A DNA stretch of 64,000 nucleotides from Candidatus Micrarchaeota archaeon (lineage in GTDB: Archaea > Micrarchaeota > Micrarchaeia > Micrarchaeales > CABMGC01), in assembly GCA_021828295.1 (NCBI GenBank), contig JAKASF010000002.1, positions 407-64,406 on the forward strand, in the 5' to 3' direction. The translations under genes were made by a program, and so were the position numbers. Below, in pieces: positions 7,774 to 17,563 of the stretch (positions within the stretch are counted from its first letter, which is position 1; each line of letters starts with the position of its first letter). The notes under the pieces are model-generated. The model was not told the origin of the DNA. It saw only the letters and a program-made list of their open reading frames with translations, and made no database searches.

Positions 7774-8538
7774 ATGAAGATAATGCTTGAGCACAGGGAG
7801 ACCGCCACTCCGTACCTGAAGAAGTTCTTCGAGAAGTTTGACGTGGTGAGCGAGGGCGGGGACCTGTGCGTGGTCGTTGGGGGAGACGGGACGTTTATGC
7901 GCGCCGCGGGGAAGCATGACGCGCCAATACTGCTCATAAGGGACGGGGCGAAGGGCAGCGTAGGCTGGTACTCTGATGTGTCTGTAGATGACATCGGGAT
8001 GGTTGTCGAAAAACTGATCAGCGGCCAGTACCAGGTGGAGACCCTGGCTAACAAGCTCGAGGTCAAGTTCAACGGGAGGAGCAGCTACGTGGTGAACGAC
8101 GCCGTGATCCACGCCCAGGAGGGGCGCGAGATAAGCCTGCAGGTGAACCAGATAAGCAACGGAAGGTTCGAGAGGCTCACACCGAAGGCCATTCCGGGAG
8201 ATGGAGCGATCATCACCGGCAAGATAGGCTCCACTGCGTACAACATGTCGGCAGGAGGGCCGATAGTCAGGGACCCGGACGTGATGTGCGTGACGTTCAT
8301 AGCTCCTGACTCGCCGCTGCGAAACTCCATCATACCTGCGCGCGGCAGCGCGATCGAGATAGAGGTGGAGAAGTCGAGGGGCTCGCTGCTTAACGACGGT
8401 ACCAGGGCCGCGGAGGTTGACGAGGGGGATGTCATAACCGCCACAGTATCGCAGCAACAGCTCAGGGTAGTGACCTTCAGCGAGAAGAGAGAGGACTTTT
8501 CAGAAAAATTTGGAAGAGTCCTTAGGGGAAAGCTTTAG
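7774..8538 (+). CDS. nadK: NAD kinase
   Basis: VVGGDGTFMRAAG gives the GGDG motif. The protein is 254 aa with the NAD-kinase C-terminal beta domain pattern. Confidence 0.85.
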   Translation: MKIMLEHRETATPYLKKFFEKFDVVSEGGDLCVVVGGDGTFMRAAGKHDAPILLIRDGAKGSVGWYSDVSVDDIGMVVEKLISGQYQVETLANKLEVKFNGRSSYVVNDAVIHAQEGREISLQVNQISNGRFERLTPKAIPGDGAIITGKIGSTAYNMSAGGPIVRDPDVMCVTFIAPDSPLRNSIIPARGSAIEIEVEKSRGSLLNDGTRAAEVDEGDVITATVSQQQLRVVTFSEKREDFSEKFGRVLRGKL

Positions 8539-8539
8539 C

Positions 8540-9142
8540 TCATTGCTTTAACTCGGCAGGCAACTTGTCGCTCCCTATCGCGAGTATCTTTTTCTGGCTC
8601 GTATTCACAATGGTCATCGATCCGGGCACTATCCAGTTCGCATCCCTCGGTATGGCATCATCGTCGTACACGGTATCAAAAAGGGCGAGCGCGGCGGTGA
8701 TCGGTCCCTTATGGCTTACCGCTATCACCACTCCGCTGGGCACGTTCTGAACGAACTCTCCCATCCTCGTCTTCTCGCTCTCGAGGCTTTCGAACCCATG
8801 AGGGTAGTTCGACTTTATCTCAGTCATGATCACTTCGTATAGCTCTTTCTCTGAACCGAACTGCCTGTTGTTCAGCTCTCCGTTGCCCCTCTCCCTCAGT
8901 CTGCGGTCGACGCGTGGCTCGGCGCCGAATTCCTTGGCGATTATTTCAGCTGTTTGACGCGCACGCAGAACAGGACTGGTGAATATAACAGCTGGTTTCG
9001 ACAACTGTTTAAGCTCCGAGGCTGTTGCCTCTGCCTGTGATACTCCGGTTGCAGTCAGGGGGTTAATGTTCTCGTCCTCGCTCAGCAGGTATCTTACATT
9101 AACTTCGCTCTGGCCGTGCCTCACGAAGATTATGGTCGCCAT
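8540..9142 (-). CDS. histidine phosphatase (phosphoglycerate mutase-like) family protein
   Basis: MATIIFVRHGQSEVN gives the RHG catalytic motif. Later ...AVSHKGPI is present. ATG 9142 is preferred because it removes the overlap with the E2 gene. Confidence 0.75.
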   Translation of the reverse strand: MATIIFVRHGQSEVNVRYLLSEDENINPLTATGVSQAEATASELKQLSKPAVIFTSPVLRARQTAEIIAKEFGAEPRVDRRLRERGNGELNNRQFGSEKELYEVIMTEIKSNYPHGFESLESEKTRMGEFVQNVPSGVVIAVSHKGPITAALALFDTVYDDDAIPRDANWIVPGSMTIVNTSQKKILAIGSDKLPAELKQ

Positions 9143-9146
9143 GGGA

Positions 9147-10385
9147 TCAGAGCATCTCAAGGAACTCGGGGTCCTGCAGGTACTTTATGACAGCGTTGCC
9201 GAACTTGACCGCATCTGCGCCGTCAACCACCCTGTGGTCGAAGCTTAGAGATATAGGAAGGACCTTGCCTACTGCTACCTTGCCGTCCTTGACGATGGGC
9301 ATGTCCTTTATCATATGCACGCCCAGTATCCCGACCTCGGGATAGTTTATCATAGGCACCGAGAGGAAGCCGCCGCCCAGGCTGCCTATGTTAGTTATCG
9401 TGAAGGTGCTGTCCTTCATGTCATCCAGCGTTATCGTCTGGTCCTGCAGCTTCTTGTGCAGCGCCTGTATCTCCTTGGCCATCTCACCTATGCTCTTCTT
9501 GTCCGCGTCCTTGATGACAACGACCTTAAGGCCGTCCGGAGCCTCTGCAGCGAGGCCTATGTTGTAGTACTTCTTGAGTATCACCTCCTGCGTCTCGTGG
9601 TCGTAGCTGGCGTTGAACCTGGGGCTCTCCTTCAGCGCCTCGACCACCGCCTTTATTATGAACGGGAGGAACGTGAGATGGATGTCCATCTTCGCGGCGT
9701 TGGCCTTCTCCTTGGAGACCATCTCGAAGAGGGCGCTGGCGTCGAGCATGTCCATATGCGTGGCCCTGGGTATCGTCCACGACAGCTCCATGTTCTTTGC
9801 TATCGCCTTCCTCGTGGGTGTCATCTGCTCCCTGCTTATCTCGCCCCCGTGCTGCTCCTCCAGCACCTCAGAGAACTTGGGCATGGGCCTGGAGCTCAGC
9901 GCCTCGCCGTGCGCTATACCCCTTATGTCGTTCTCCAGTATGCGGCCGTTCGGGCCGGTGCCGGTCACCTTTGTTATGTCAACGTTAAGGTCATGGGCCA
10001 GCTTCCTTACCGACGGCGTTGCCATCGGCTCCTTTGCCTTCGGTGCCTGCGGCTGTGCCTGAACTGGCTGTTGCTTCGAGGGCTGAGGCTGCGCCGCCTG
10101 TGCCTGCTGCGGCTGTGCCTGCTTCGGCTGCGCGGGTGCGCTCTTGAGCTCCTCCGGCGTGCCTATCTGCGCCACGAGATCGCCCACGTGCAGCGTCGTG
10201 CCCTCAGGAGCCGCTATCTTGAGCGTGCCCGATATCGGTGCCGGGACGTTGACGACCGCCTTGTCTGTCTCAACCTTGACTATAGGCGCGTCCTCCTTGA
10301 CTGTGTCGCCGTCCTTGAAGAGCCACTGCCTGACGTGGCCCTCGGTTATGCCCTCGCCGACATCTACAAAGCGTATCTCCTTCAT
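9147..10385 (-). CDS. dihydrolipoamide acyltransferase (E2) of a 2-oxoacid dehydrogenase complex
   Basis: The lipoyl domain is present (VETDKAVVNVPAP), followed by an AQP-rich linker and an E3-binding domain (PSVRKLAHDLNVDI). The catalytic DHRVVDG motif is present. Confidence 0.9.
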   Translation of the reverse strand: MKEIRFVDVGEGITEGHVRQWLFKDGDTVKEDAPIVKVETDKAVVNVPAPISGTLKIAAPEGTTLHVGDLVAQIGTPEELKSAPAQPKQAQPQQAQAAQPQPSKQQPVQAQPQAPKAKEPMATPSVRKLAHDLNVDITKVTGTGPNGRILENDIRGIAHGEALSSRPMPKFSEVLEEQHGGEISREQMTPTRKAIAKNMELSWTIPRATHMDMLDASALFEMVSKEKANAAKMDIHLTFLPFIIKAVVEALKESPRFNASYDHETQEVILKKYYNIGLAAEAPDGLKVVVIKDADKKSIGEMAKEIQALHKKLQDQTITLDDMKDSTFTITNIGSLGGGFLSVPMINYPEVGILGVHMIKDMPIVKDGKVAVGKVLPISLSFDHRVVDGADAVKFGNAVIKYLQDPEFLEML

Positions 10386-10389
10386 GCAA

Positions 10390-11373
10390 TCATGAGCTCA
10401 TTATCTTGTCTATCGCATCCGCGACCTTCTTCTCAGTTGGAACATAAAACCTTTCGTAGCCGGGGTCCGGGTAGGGGAAGCTGGGCGACGCGACCCTGAT
10501 TATCGGGGCAGCTAGCTCGTAGATCGCCTTCTCGGCCACCCTGGCCGCGACCTCCGCCCCGACGCCGAAGCTCAGAGGGGCCTCGTGCACTATCAGGAGC
10601 CTTGTGGTCTTCTTGACGCTCTGCACTATCGTGTCCTCGTCAAGCGGGTTTATCGTGCGCAGGTCTATTATCTCCGCGTCTGTCTTCTTGCTCTCCACCA
10701 CGTTCTTGACTACAGGCACCATGGTGCCGTAGGTGACTATGGTGAGCGCGCTTCCCTGCCTGGCCACGTTGGCCTTGCCTATCGGCACCTCATACGCTTG
10801 TTCCGGCACCTCCTCCTTGAACAGCCTGTACAGCTTCGTCGGCTCGAGGAAGAGCACGGGGTCCTTCAGCTTCGCTGCCGCGAGCAGCAGGCCCTTCGCG
10901 TCATATGGCCCTGACGGCTCAATCACTATCAGCCCGCCGACATGCGCGTAGAGAGCCTCGGGGCTCTCCGAATGATGCTCGAGCGCTCGCACGCCGCCGC
11001 TCACAGGAGTCCTGACTATCATCGGCACTGTCAGCGTCGACCTCGTCCTCATCCTGTACCTAGCTGCGTGGCTGACCAGCTGGTCGAAGCCCAGGTACAT
11101 GAAGCCAGCGAACTGTATCTCAGGTATGGGGTGCAGGCCCGCCATCGCCATTCCTATCGATGCGCCGAGTATGCCAGATTCGGCCAGCGGCGTGTCCATC
11201 ACACGGTCCTCGCCGAACTTCGCCTGCAGCCCGTCAGTTACCCTGAACACTCCGCCGTCCTTGCCCACGTCCTCGCCGAGAATCACGGCGGAGCTGTCCT
11301 GCTTGAGTATCGTGTCAAGGGCGTTGTTGATCGCGCTTACCATGTTCATCTGCATATGATCACCTACTGCCAC
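10390..11373 (-). CDS. 2-oxoacid dehydrogenase E1 component, beta subunit
   Basis: Transketolase-like pyrimidine-binding and C-terminal domains are present (EDVGKDGGVFRVT, DTPLAESGI...). It overlaps the E1 alpha stop. Confidence 0.9.
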   Translation of the reverse strand: MAVGDHMQMNMVSAINNALDTILKQDSSAVILGEDVGKDGGVFRVTDGLQAKFGEDRVMDTPLAESGILGASIGMAMAGLHPIPEIQFAGFMYLGFDQLVSHAARYRMRTRSTLTVPMIVRTPVSGGVRALEHHSESPEALYAHVGGLIVIEPSGPYDAKGLLLAAAKLKDPVLFLEPTKLYRLFKEEVPEQAYEVPIGKANVARQGSALTIVTYGTMVPVVKNVVESKKTDAEIIDLRTINPLDEDTIVQSVKKTTRLLIVHEAPLSFGVGAEVAARVAEKAIYELAAPIIRVASPSFPYPDPGYERFYVPTEKKVADAIDKIMSS

Positions 11374-12431
11374 GAGCCGGCCGCCGAGGCCGCGTCCCGC
11401 TCCTCCTTAAGGGTCTCGGGCATGAAGCTGTAAACGTTGTCGTACATGCTCATCGGGTCCGGCTTGAACTGCTCCGCCTTCTCAACTGCCTCGTCTATCT
11501 TCTTCAGCTGCTCATCGTTTGTCTGCTTCTCGAGGTCGTCGTTCCAGAACCCCTTCTTTACCAGGTATGCCTTTACCCTCGCTACCGGGTCCTTCTTCTG
11601 CCACTCGGCTACTTCCTCGTCGCTCCTGTACTTTGTTGGATCGTCCGCGGTTGTGTGCATGCTCATCCTGTAGGTAACGCACTCTATCAGCGTGGGCCCG
11701 TTCTTCGCGTTGGCTATCGCCTCGCTCACCGCCTTGAAAACAGCTATCACGTCATTGCCGTCGACCTGCACGCCCTTTATCCCTGCTGCAATCGCCTTCT
11801 GCGCCAGCGTCTGCGCCGCCGTCTGTTTGCTCCTCGGCACGGATATGGCCCACTGGTTGTTCTCTATTATCGCCACTAGCGGCGCCTTCCAAACGCCTGC
11901 GAAGTTCAGCGCCTCGTAGAAGTCGCCCTCTGAGGTGCCGCCGTCGCCCACGTAAGAGATGACGGCCGCATCCTTCTTCATGTGCTTGAGAGCGAACGCG
12001 ATTCCTGCAGCGTGCGGCATCTGGGTGGCGACCGGGACCGCGACGGCGGTGCCGTTGAAGTTCTCTGGTATCTTTCCGCCGTCCTCGTAGCCCTTCCAGT
12101 AGATGAAGAAGTTCTCGAGCGGGAAGTTCCTCACTAGGAAGACGCCGTGCTGCCTGAAGTTGGGCACGAAGACGTCCTGGTTCCTGAAGGCGAAGGCGCT
12201 GCCTATCTGCGTAGCCTCCTCTCCTATGAGCGGCGCGTACGTTGCGGCGCGGCCCTGCCTCTGCAGGCTGAGCATCTTAGCGTCGAGGGCGCGCGCGTAG
12301 AGCATGTACTTGTACATCTCCACTATCTTCTGGTCGGTAAGCTCCTTGGGGAAGTTCTCCTGGTCGACGTTGCCCTGCTCGTCCATGACCTGCAGGTAGT
12401 CTACCGCTCCCTCGAACACTCTCTTTATCAA
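11364..12431 (-). CDS. 2-oxoacid dehydrogenase E1 component, alpha subunit (TPP-binding)
   Basis: YVGDGGTSEGDFYEALNFA...IENNQWAIS gives the TPP motif GDG...NN. The protein is 355 aa. Confidence 0.9.
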   Translation of the reverse strand: MIKRVFEGAVDYLQVMDEQGNVDQENFPKELTDQKIVEMYKYMLYARALDAKMLSLQRQGRAATYAPLIGEEATQIGSAFAFRNQDVFVPNFRQHGVFLVRNFPLENFFIYWKGYEDGGKIPENFNGTAVAVPVATQMPHAAGIAFALKHMKKDAAVISYVGDGGTSEGDFYEALNFAGVWKAPLVAIIENNQWAISVPRSKQTAAQTLAQKAIAAGIKGVQVDGNDVIAVFKAVSEAIANAKNGPTLIECVTYRMSMHTTADDPTKYRSDEEVAEWQKKDPVARVKAYLVKKGFWNDDLEKQTNDEQLKKIDEAVEKAEQFKPDPMSMYDNVYSFMPETLKEERDAASAAGSWQ

Positions 12432-12477
12432 AAAGACCCTATCTGCTCTGTCAATAAAGGGATATATTCGTTTTCCT

Positions 12478-13278
12478 TCAGCCGCCGCCGCTGAGGTAGT
12501 ACACCTGCAGCCTGTTGAATGCTAAGTACGATATCGCGCTTATTGCGAACGAGATGAGAAGCGCCTCTAGGAAGCCGGCAAGGCTTATGCTGGACAGGAA
12601 CGCCTTCGCGGGGTAGTAGGAGGCGAAGCCCACAGGCAGGACCAGCGTGAAGAGAAGCTGGCCCACGAACCCGTACACGGCCAGCGGATACTGCGACGCC
12701 TGGCCGACGAAGTTGAGCAGCTTCTGCACGAACTGCGCGCTCCTCAGCAGGTGGTAGAAGAGCATCACCAGCATCAGCGTGAAGAGCACCAGCGTTATGG
12801 CCCCGGCTACCAGGAGCACGAGATACGCGAGGAGCCCGACAGGGTTTGCGCCTATCACGGATGCGGCGTAGAGCAGCACAACGAACGCGCCCACGATTCC
12901 GCCAGCTGAGCCGATGCCCTCCTGCGAGGAGAGGAAGACAGATATGCGGCCGTAGGGGCGTATCAGGTACGGATCCATGCCCCCGCGCCTCAGAAGGTCC
13001 ATGAGCCAGCCTATGTTGACATTATAGTACAGCGCATTCATGACTATCGTTGCCGTAGAGACGAGGAAGAGCATCTGGTAGTAGCTCCAGCCAGCTATGC
13101 CCGATGAGACCGTGTATATCACCGCCACGGTGATGTAGCTGTAGGTTATGTTGATCAGGCTGTATATCAGCCACATCGCGGCCTGCTCCCTGTACACGAG
13201 GAAGCCGCGCCACCAGTAGTACTGGGAGAGAAGGTAGAACCTTATGTCCCTGACTAGCCTGTTCTCCATCTCATCCAC
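12478..13278 (-). CDS. ABC-2 type transporter permease
   Basis: This is a 6-TM 266-aa protein. It is overlapped by and co-oriented with a second permease and an ABC ATPase. Confidence 0.6.
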   Translation of the reverse strand: MDEMENRLVRDIRFYLLSQYYWWRGFLVYREQAAMWLIYSLINITYSYITVAVIYTVSSGIAGWSYYQMLFLVSTATIVMNALYYNVNIGWLMDLLRRGGMDPYLIRPYGRISVFLSSQEGIGSAGGIVGAFVVLLYAASVIGANPVGLLAYLVLLVAGAITLVLFTLMLVMLFYHLLRSAQFVQKLLNFVGQASQYPLAVYGFVGQLLFTLVLPVGFASYYPAKAFLSSISLAGFLEALLISFAISAISYLAFNRLQVYYLSGGG

Positions 13279-14077
13279 CTACCGATGTTATCTTTCCCCT
13301 GACCCTGCTCCACACCAGCACAGACAGTATGAAGAGCGGAACGGCCCACGCCACTCCGACGAGCAGGCTCTGCACTATCTCGCCCGTGCTGACGATGCCG
13401 AGGAGCGTGGCCGCCGGAGTGTAGAGCGAGAGCTGCATCGGAAGCGCGGCGAAGATACCGCCGGCCCATGGAGGCAGGAGGTTGAGCGGGACCACGCCCC
13501 CGCCGAGGAGCATGTAGAGCGACTCCGTGACGGCGATTATCCCCCATATGTTGGTCAGGTATATGGCCAGCGTGCCTATCAGGAAGAAGATGAACGTCGA
13601 TACTATGAACGACAGCACTATCTCCATCAGGAAGAACGCGACGGACTGCAGAGTGAGCACCAGGTGGCCTATGAAAGAGATCAGTATGAGGAACGGCACT
13701 GTGACCGCCAGCCCGGCGAAGCTGTTGTTGCCCAGGGAGCTGAAGAAAACCTGCGCCGTGTACGCCACTGGCTTGACCAGCGCGGTGGTGATAGTTCCGT
13801 TCTGGATGTCGTCCTGTATGTTCTCCGCTACGGTCTCGTTCCAGCTCGCTATAGCTATCGCGTTTATGAGGAAGAAGTAGATGTACATCTGCGGCAGCGT
13901 CAGGCCCCCTATGCTGCTTACGCTCGAGTTGAGGTACACAGCGGTCCACACCGCTATCATTATGAACGAGGCGAATATCCTGAAGCCCAGCGAGATGAAG
14001 TAGTCCTTCTTGTAGGCGAGCTGCTGCTTGAAGCCTATGATCAGCACGGCCGCGTACCTGTCTATCATCCTGAACAC
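13271..14077 (-). CDS. ABC-2 type transporter permease
   Basis: This is a multi-TM 268-aa protein. It forms an operon with 14086-15072. Confidence 0.6.
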   Translation of the reverse strand: MFRMIDRYAAVLIIGFKQQLAYKKDYFISLGFRIFASFIMIAVWTAVYLNSSVSSIGGLTLPQMYIYFFLINAIAIASWNETVAENIQDDIQNGTITTALVKPVAYTAQVFFSSLGNNSFAGLAVTVPFLILISFIGHLVLTLQSVAFFLMEIVLSFIVSTFIFFLIGTLAIYLTNIWGIIAVTESLYMLLGGGVVPLNLLPPWAGGIFAALPMQLSLYTPAATLLGIVSTGEIVQSLLVGVAWAVPLFILSVLVWSRVRGKITSVGG

Positions 14078-14085
14078 GCTTCCAC

Positions 14086-15072
14086 CTACCTCTTCTCCCT
14101 GTCGAGCTTGGCGTAGAACTTGTTGAGTATGAAGTTCAGCCCCGGCTCCGCTACCCTGTAGTCGAGCACGTCCTTCCTGTTCAGCAGCGAGAGGAACTTC
14201 TTCGACTTCAGCGCGCCCTTGCTCACCTCCAGCCTCACCATCGTTCCCTCCCTTCCTATGACCCTGCCGTACGCGCCGAAGTTTATCTTGGCAGGCTCCG
14301 TAAGGTGGAGCTCCACGTGCCTCTTGTCACCGAACATCGCCTCCAGCTTGGGCCTCGTGTCGTCGAAGACGACCTTGCCCCTGCTGAGCAGTATGACGCG
14401 CTGTGCTATGCCTATGTCCTCCACTATGTGCGTGGTGAGTATGAATGTAGTCTTGTACCTGGCCTGCAGCTCCCCTACTGTCTTGCGGAGCGCTATCTTC
14501 GACGGCAGGTCCACGCCTATGGTGGGCTCGTCGAGAAAGACTATCTTTGGGTTGTGGAGCACAGAGGCGACGAAGTTGCACTTCATCTGCTCGCCCAGCG
14601 ACATCGTGCGCACCTGCCTGTTGTACACATGCTCCAGGTCGAGTATCTTCAGGAAGTACTTCAGGCGCCTATCGTACTCTTTCTGCCCTATGCCGTATAT
14701 GCCCTTCATGTACTCGAAAGCATCCACGGCGGGCAGGTTCCAGAAGAGCTGGCCGTGCGCGCCAAGCACCACGCCGAGCTGCTGCGCGAGCTGAATCCTC
14801 TGGGTCCAGGGCTCGAAGCCGAGCGCCCTCACCTTCCCCGAATCGGCGTGTAGTATGCCGGACAGTATCTTTATCAGCGTGGACTTGCCGCTGCCGTTCC
14901 TCCCCAGCAGTGCCACGATCTCGCCCGCCTTTACGGTGAAGCTCACGTCGCTGAGCGCGCGCTTGAGGTACGTCTTCCTCATCAGCCTGGTAACGAAGCT
15001 CCCGCTACGCTTGACCTCGTGGGCCTTGAACCATTTGCTTACGTTTTCCACTTCTATTGCGTAGTCTTCCAT
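14086..15072 (-). CDS. ABC transporter ATP-binding protein
   Basis: Walker A is GRNGSGKST. The ABC signature is MSLGEQMK. Walker B is IVFLDEPT. Confidence 0.9.
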   Translation of the reverse strand: MEDYAIEVENVSKWFKAHEVKRSGSFVTRLMRKTYLKRALSDVSFTVKAGEIVALLGRNGSGKSTLIKILSGILHADSGKVRALGFEPWTQRIQLAQQLGVVLGAHGQLFWNLPAVDAFEYMKGIYGIGQKEYDRRLKYFLKILDLEHVYNRQVRTMSLGEQMKCNFVASVLHNPKIVFLDEPTIGVDLPSKIALRKTVGELQARYKTTFILTTHIVEDIGIAQRVILLSRGKVVFDDTRPKLEAMFGDKRHVELHLTEPAKINFGAYGRVIGREGTMVRLEVSKGALKSKKFLSLLNRKDVLDYRVAEPGLNFILNKFYAKLDREKR

Positions 15073-15169
15073 GCTTTGTGCACCTTCTGCATCGCTAAGC
15101 GGTAGATTGGTACAGACAGACAGAGATACTTGCAGCTAACCGTTCAGAAAGAAGCAGTTACGGTAGGCA

Positions 15170-16249
15170 TTGCAAACACCTGTATCGCTTTCGCTCCCCC
15201 ATTTTATATACCTTTTTGCGGTTTCCGGACATCGGACAGGGAACAGGTTTAAAAGCAAGGTGCAAACAATAGGAGAGGGGCAGTCCTTGGGATTCGGAAT
15301 AAGCAAAGAGGGCAGTGCATACGCGCTGCAGCTCGAAAGGCAGGCAAGAACCGGACGCAGGTTCCTCTTCTCAGCCTCGCTCCCGCTCGCCAGCTCTGTA
15401 AGGCGCGGGGTGGACCTTGTTTCGGAGAAGATCTCGCGCTTCAGCGACGCTGACTTTTCCGAAACGGAGCTGTTCGCTCCTGTGTCGTACGCGTTGAGGA
15501 AGCCGGGCAAGATGCTGCGGCCGGCGCTGGTCATGCTTGGGGCCGAGCTGATAGGTTCAGACCCCGATGAGTTCGTTGACATGGCAGCCGCTGCCGAACT
15601 CCTGCACACCGCCTCTCTGGTCCATGACGACATAATAGACAACGATACGGCGAGGAGGGGGGCGCCATCGCTGCATGCTAGATACGGGCCGGAAGCCGCG
15701 CTGCTCTCAGGTGACGCGCTCATAGCCAAGGCCGTCGGGCTTGCGGCCAGATACGGCGCCGACGTAATGGAGACTGTTTCGCGCGCGTCCTTGGACATGT
15801 GCGCCGGGGAGCTGCTGGATTTCCAGGCGCGGAGGGAAGGCGGACCAGTCAACGTGAGGAAGTACCTCAAGATCGCGAGACTGAAGAATGCGGTATTCAT
15901 GGGCACCTGCGCAAGCCTTGCCGCGAGGTTCAGGCACAGCAGGAAAGAGGCCTGGCTCTATGGGTTCGGGCTCAGCATAGGAGTAGCTTTCCAGATAAGG
16001 GACGATCTGATAGAGGTAATAGATTCGAGCGAAAGGCTGAGGAACGGGGGCTCCGCGCTTGCGGACGCGCCTTCGAACATGGTAGACGTTTTCGCCCGCC
16101 AGTTCGGAGTAGACAAGAAGACAGCGATCAGGAGGGCGGCGCAGCTGAACAACTATTTCGCTGACAGGGCGCTCGGGTTCGTGAAGAGCAAGAGCGACAG
16201 GGAGGAACTGGAGGCCTGCGCCGAGTTTGTGCGCGTAAGCGTCGGCTAG
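15170..16249 (+). CDS. polyprenyl diphosphate synthase (trans-isoprenyl, GGPP or longer)
   Basis: The first DDxxD is LVHDDIIDND and the second is FQIRDDLIE. The start is uncertain because a TATA-like attttatata at about 15202 lies inside the track ORF. An in-frame GTG near 15260 is more plausible. Confidence 0.85.
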   Translation: MQTPVSLSLPHFIYLFAVSGHRTGNRFKSKVQTIGEGQSLGFGISKEGSAYALQLERQARTGRRFLFSASLPLASSVRRGVDLVSEKISRFSDADFSETELFAPVSYALRKPGKMLRPALVMLGAELIGSDPDEFVDMAAAAELLHTASLVHDDIIDNDTARRGAPSLHARYGPEAALLSGDALIAKAVGLAARYGADVMETVSRASLDMCAGELLDFQARREGGPVNVRKYLKIARLKNAVFMGTCASLAARFRHSRKEAWLYGFGLSIGVAFQIRDDLIEVIDSSERLRNGGSALADAPSNMVDVFARQFGVDKKTAIRRAAQLNNYFADRALGFVKSKSDREELEACAEFVRVSVG

Positions 16250-16936
16250 CTATTTCTCTGCGGTGAGCAGGTATGCGACCCCTGATCTCAGCGATCTCAT
16301 CCTTACCCCTTTGAATCCTGCCCGCCTTGTGTTCACCACCAGGGCGTGCTTGTCGAACTCTTTGATGCTTTCCACGAGCCACGAATACGCTCTGTCGCTG
16401 AAGAGGCTCGCAAGCCTTATGAAATACGAGTACACGTTGAACTTCATTCTCTCGACCCGGTCGTCGGGCATCGCCATCTCGAGTATCACGAGCCTGCCCC
16501 CTTTCTTCAGTATCCTGTACGACTCAACGAGGAACTTGTCCACGTCATCGAAATTCCTGAGCGAGAATCCGGTGGTTACCACGTCGACGCTGCCACTCTT
16601 GAATCCGGTTCTCAGGGAGTCGGACAGCCTGAAGTCTATGTCTTCTATCCCCGCCTCCCTCGCCTTCTTCTTCGCTATCTCGAGCATCTGCGCGACAAAG
16701 TCGGTGCCGATAAGCCTCACGCGCTTGCCCTTGAGCAGCGCGAGGTCGCGCACCGCGAATGCGAGGTCTCCGGTCCCTGTTGCGGAGTCGAGCACCACGA
16801 AGCTCCTCTTGGGAAGCATCGCCTCCTTCGCGGCATCGTGGCGCCACTCCCTGTCGGCATCCATGCTCAGGAAGTGGTTCATGAAGTCGTACTTGTCCGC
16901 GATCCTGATGAAGCGCTCCTTTACCTCCCTGCTCAT
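16250..16936 (-). CDS. ubiE: demethylmenaquinone/ubiquinone-type SAM methyltransferase (UbiE/MenG family)
   Basis: YDFMNHFLSMDADREWR and LDSATGTGDLA match UbiE motifs. The internal ATG 16936 was chosen because it overlaps the upstream stop as ATGA. The Arg-rich N-terminal 87 aa of the track ORF look non-coding. Confidence 0.85.
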   Translation of the reverse strand: MSREVKERFIRIADKYDFMNHFLSMDADREWRHDAAKEAMLPKRSFVVLDSATGTGDLAFAVRDLALLKGKRVRLIGTDFVAQMLEIAKKKAREAGIEDIDFRLSDSLRTGFKSGSVDVVTTGFSLRNFDDVDKFLVESYRILKKGGRLVILEMAMPDDRVERMKFNVYSYFIRLASLFSDRAYSWLVESIKEFDKHALVVNTRRAGFKGVRMRSLRSGVAYLLTAEK

Positions 16937-17556
16937 AGGACCACTGGGAAGAGGACGACGATCATCTCTATCCAGATGACGTGCACCGCTATCGAGCCGA
17001 GCACTCCTGCCTTGTAGGCCACCAGGCCGGTGAACAGGCCCACGAAGAACGCCGCGACGACGAGTATCGGGTTGAGCGTCGCGACGTGCACGAGCGTGTA
17101 GTACGCAGTGGATGCGATCCATGGCGCTTTTGCGAACCGCTGCACGTTTGCGCCAGCGTAGCCCTGCACCCCGCCCCTCCAGTACACCTCTTCGCATATT
17201 CCTATCAGGGCCAGCAGCGCTATTGTGGCCGCGCCCCTGCCCTGCGACCCGTATATAGATGCATAAACGCTGGACACGTAGCCCTGTAGGCCGAGCGCAG
17301 ATGACGCGGCTCCTCCTGCCACGAACACCGCGTACAGCACAGCGGCCATCGCCGCGCCGAAGATCAGGACAGCGATCCAGCTCCTGCCCCTCACCCAGAC
17401 TATGTTCTTCCTGTAGAAGGCGATCGTGAGCGCTGCAAGAATGAGCACGGATCCGGAAAGCGCGTAGATGAACACGCTCTTCAGCACTATGAACGAGAGC
17501 GGCCAGAGGACTAGGGGCAGCGCAAGGTAGACGATGTCGAGTTTGCTTATCCTCAT
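16933..17556 (-). CDS. CPBP (CAAX/Abi) family intramembrane metalloprotease
   Basis: CEEVYWRG gives EExxxR. The later LVHV and AVHV histidine motifs lie in TM helices. The protein is 207 aa. Confidence 0.7.
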   Translation of the reverse strand: MRISKLDIVYLALPLVLWPLSFIVLKSVFIYALSGSVLILAALTIAFYRKNIVWVRGRSWIAVLIFGAAMAAVLYAVFVAGGAASSALGLQGYVSSVYASIYGSQGRGAATIALLALIGICEEVYWRGGVQGYAGANVQRFAKAPWIASTAYYTLVHVATLNPILVVAAFFVGLFTGLVAYKAGVLGSIAVHVIWIEMIVVLFPVVL

Positions 17557-17563
17557 GCGACCA

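Noticed and set aside
9315-10499. Long ORFs lie antisense to or overlap well-supported genes. Examples are 9315-10499 (+), 13244-14116 (+), 37457-38218 (-), 38774-39787 (-), 45682-46524 (-), 46323-47174 (-), 15136-15906 (-) and 5500-6267 (-).
   Set aside because: Their translations are Arg/His/Leu/Pro-rich and low in complexity. They sit opposite genes with clear family motifs. This is the usual shadow-ORF effect of high GC3 coding sequence.
16937-17197. This is the N-terminal 87-aa extension of the UbiE-like ORF (track ORF 16250-17197).
   Set aside because: The extension is Arg/Gly-rich and overlaps the CPBP protease gene in another frame. The internal ATG at 16936 gives the canonical UbiE N-terminus and an ATGA overlap with the upstream stop.
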